Shown here piece by piece: positions 19,690-22,007 of a DNA stretch of 22,007 nt. The DNA is taken from positions 18,020,373 to 18,042,379 of the forward strand of contig NC_057718.1 of NCBI RefSeq assembly GCF_004010195.1, given 5' to 3'. Origin of the DNA: Chiloscyllium plagiosum. Taxonomy: Eukaryota. A model generated the notes under the pieces. That model saw only the letters and a program-made list of their open reading frames with translations, did not search any database and had not been told where the DNA came from. How positions within the stretch are numbered: position 1 is the stretch's first letter; each line of letters starts with the position of its first letter. The position numbers and the translations under genes are program-made.

Positions 19690-19980
19690 AAACATGCAGC
19701 TGGAGGCATAACTTTAAAAACAGTGTTATAATAGTGAAAGGAGAAATTAGGAGGTTTTTTTTACACTCAGAGGGGGCAAGGAGTACTTTGCTAAAAGCAT
19801 TGATGGACACCGAATCCATAACCCATTTTTAACAAAAAGGATAAATATTCAAACAATAAAACATAAAAAGGTGAAGTAGAAATGCAAATTCAATTAAATG
19901 AATTACTCTTTCAGAGAAGCTGTGACAAGTGCATTAGACTGAATGGTCTCCGATACTGTTAAATTTTTTGATTCAATGAT
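19690..19980 (+). mobile_element. Very old CR1 3' end
   Basis: GGCATAACTTTAAAA...GGAGAAATTAGGAGGTTTTTTTTACACTCAGAG...GACTGAATGGTCTCC...CTGTTAAATTTTTTGATTCAATGAT. Confidence 0.6.
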
Positions 19981-20107
19981 AATAGGCAATTCTATGTCTA
20001 AATAATTATATGTTATAGAGTGTTTCTGAGGGATGCAGTAAAGCAGTGTTCTTTGGCTCATGCTACTTGCTTGCATAACAGATGCTGATGTAAGCAGAGA
20101 TCCACGT

Positions 20108-20213
20108 TCATAGAATCATAGAATCCTGACGGTGTGCAAACAGGCCCTTCGGCCCAACAAGTCCACACCGACCCTCCGAAGAGTAACCCACATAGACCCA
20201 TTCCCCCTGACCT
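20108..20213 (-). mobile_element. HE1 SINE 3' fragment
   Basis: AAACAGGCCCTTCGGCCCAACAAGTCCACACCGACCCTCCGAAGAGTAACCCA is the reverse complement of 12177-12231 with few differences. Confidence 0.92.
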
Positions 20214-20311
20214 ATCCATTTTGTTGTTGGAACAGCAGTCAGTGTGAATTTCCCAAATTCACAAAATAATTAAAATAAATAGTCGGCTCTTCCAGTCAAA
20301 GAAAGGACCGT

Positions 20312-20431
20312 GCGAAAGTGGGTACTGCAGATGCTGGAGATTAGAGTCAAGACTAGAGTGGTGCTGGAAATGCACAGCAGGTCAGGCAGCATCTGAGGGG
20401 CAGGAAAATCGACGTTTCGGGCAGGAGCCCT
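20312..20431 (-). mobile_element. Penelope-like pLTR fragment truncated inside the hammerhead
   Basis: Reverse strand AGGGC/TCCT/GCCC-GAAACGTC-GATTTTCCTG...CTCCAGCATCTGCAGTACCCACTTTCGC. It lacks the CUGANGA box. Confidence 0.88.
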
Positions 20432-20774
20432 CGACTATGCCATTTGTGGCTTGGACCTAAGAATGAAATCAGGGGCTCTCTTCCTGCAAAAACAAATTGA
20501 GACGGAATCAATTCAAACGTTCAGCACAGGGACTGAGGTTATTTCATCGGCTAGCCCCAAGCTAACCCCCATAAAACACACAAAATGAACAGCCCGTCAT
20601 ATTTAAATAAATAACTAAGAATCATTTAGGCTTGTGGGCATTCCTGTTAACCTGAAGACTCAGCTAACAGCGCCAGGATTTGGTTACTGTGGACTAGTGG
20701 GGAGAACTGGGCTGGCTGTTGATAATTGCCTCTCTGAAAGAAGGCTGGAAGAACATGAATCACCAATAAGCATT

Positions 20775-21159
20775 TGTTCAGATATAGTAACATGCTATAA
20801 ACCCATGCTATAAACCCAAAGGCAAATTCAGTAAAATAGATTGTCTTGCATGCAATTCAGGCAGCAGGAAGAGAACCCCAGCTTTTAGCTGTAACAGAGA
20901 GGGGAATAATAGCTTCCCCACACAGCTTCAAGACCCCAGCAACTGCTACGAAGCTTAAACTAAAAAAAATCCTGGTTCTGTGGGTGTTTGATCCCACCCA
21001 GTCAGGCTGCTTCTATTGTTCCAACTTAAAAAAAAAGCCTGATAGCCTCACAAGCTGTTTACATTATCAGTTTTGGAGAGGTGCTCGGCACCTCTGACTC
21101 AATCTTTCTCCATTAAAAAAGGAGCAAAAAACACATCTTAAAGCCATTGTATCATCACA
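20775..21159 (-). mobile_element. LTR-like repeat, 5' portion
   Basis: Reverse strand begins TGTGATGATACAATGGCTTTAAGA (TG terminus) and resembles a recalled shark solo-LTR-like repeat. No matching CA end or TSD found. Contains a 13-bp tandem duplication CATGCTATAAACC (20791-20816). Confidence 0.5.
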
Positions 21160-21474
21160 CCAGTATCCCTTGCCATCCTCAAATTCTTTCCAGGGCAGTC
21201 ATTCTTCTCTTTGAACTTCTTCCTGTTGTCTTGGCAGTGCCTGGTACTAAGCTCTGGTGCTGCTAGGAACGATGGAGCAGTTAGGCACCTCGATTGTACA
21301 TCAGCCCCTGAGAGCAATGGCAGTCCCACCTTCAATCAAATGTAGCCCCCTTGCCGATCAGCAGCATGTTGATGCTGTTAAAGAACAAGCTTGCAGAGAA
21401 TGGGCTGTCCTCCTGCCAGCCTTCCTCCTGGGATAAGGGGGATGGGACGTTAAATACATTCCTCATTCACTGCT

Positions 21475-21657
21475 GCAATTGGCCAGATCATTTGCTCTAG
21501 ATATTGATTGAGGGGCAAATGTAGGCCAATGACCGGGGAAGATCTTCACTCTGTCCTTTGAATAGCACCATGCGATCTTTTATACACAAATGTAGGGAAA
21601 CCCTTGCTTTAACTTCTAGTCCAATAGTCAGCACTTCCACCAACACAGCACTCCCAC
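21475..21657 (-). mobile_element. DeuSINE central (Deu-domain) fragment
   Basis: GGCCAGATCATTTG...TTGAGGGGCAAATGTAGGCCAATGACCGGGGAAG...TTTGAATAGCACCATGCGATCTTTTAT...TTTAAC...CAGCACTTCC...CAGCACTCCC follows the reverse Deu-domain consensus. Confidence 0.7.
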
Positions 21658-22007
21658 CAAGACATCTCACCGACCAACACATCACTCTCATCAGCATGTC
21701 CCTCCCACCGACACATCACTCCCACAGACACATCACTCTCACCGACACATCAGCCCAACCAACACACCACTCTCATTGGCACAGCACTCCCACCGACACA
21801 TCAGCCCAACCAACACACCACTCTCATTGGCACAGCACTCCCACCGGCACATCACTCCCACCGACACAGCAGTCCCACCGGTACATTACTCCCACTAGCA
21901 CATCCCTCCCATCAGCACACCACTCCCACCGGCACATCACTCCCACCGACACATCACTCCCAACAGCACATCACTCCCACTGGCACATCCTCTGACCGAC
22001 ACATCTC
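21637..22007. repeat. 17-bp C/A-rich minisatellite, ~22 units, runs off the window end
   Basis: Consensus CCACCGACACATCACTC. A 51-bp (3-unit) block is duplicated exactly at ~21742 and ~21793. Confidence 0.93.

Noticed and set aside
20306..20440. TSD around the PLE fragment (GACCGTGC vs GACTATGC)
   Set aside because: Two mismatches in 8 bp is too weak to call.
21558..21995. 145-aa His/Thr/Pro-rich ORF
   Set aside because: It is a translation of a C/A-rich 17-bp tandem repeat that is poor in stop codons, and it starts inside a SINE.

Overview
Eukaryotic, repeat-dense, non-coding (intronic or intergenic) DNA. It almost certainly comes from an elasmobranch (shark), inferred from eight HE1-type V-SINEs, CR1/HER1-type LINEs and SacSINE1-like DeuSINEs. 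I can support no intact protein-coding gene, tRNA, rRNA or CRISPR array. Nearly all ORFs in the track are by-products of repeats. Other content: two Rex1/Babar LINE 3' ends, six Penelope-like (PLE) terminal fragments carrying decayed minimal hammerhead ribozyme cores (four with target-site duplications), a Tigger/pogo-like MITE, an LTR-like fragment, 45-bp and 17-bp minisatellites and a 320-N assembly gap. A fossil PIF/Harbinger transposase on the minus strand (~13107-14598) is missed by the ORF track and is split by the 45-bp minisatellite. The best leads are the very short hammerhead-bounded PLE insertions, the minisatellite inside the transposase and a minisatellite that grows out of a DeuSINE. 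I do not see convincing evidence of a wholly new functional system. Family names come from recalled consensus sequences, not database searches, and boundaries of old elements are approximate.
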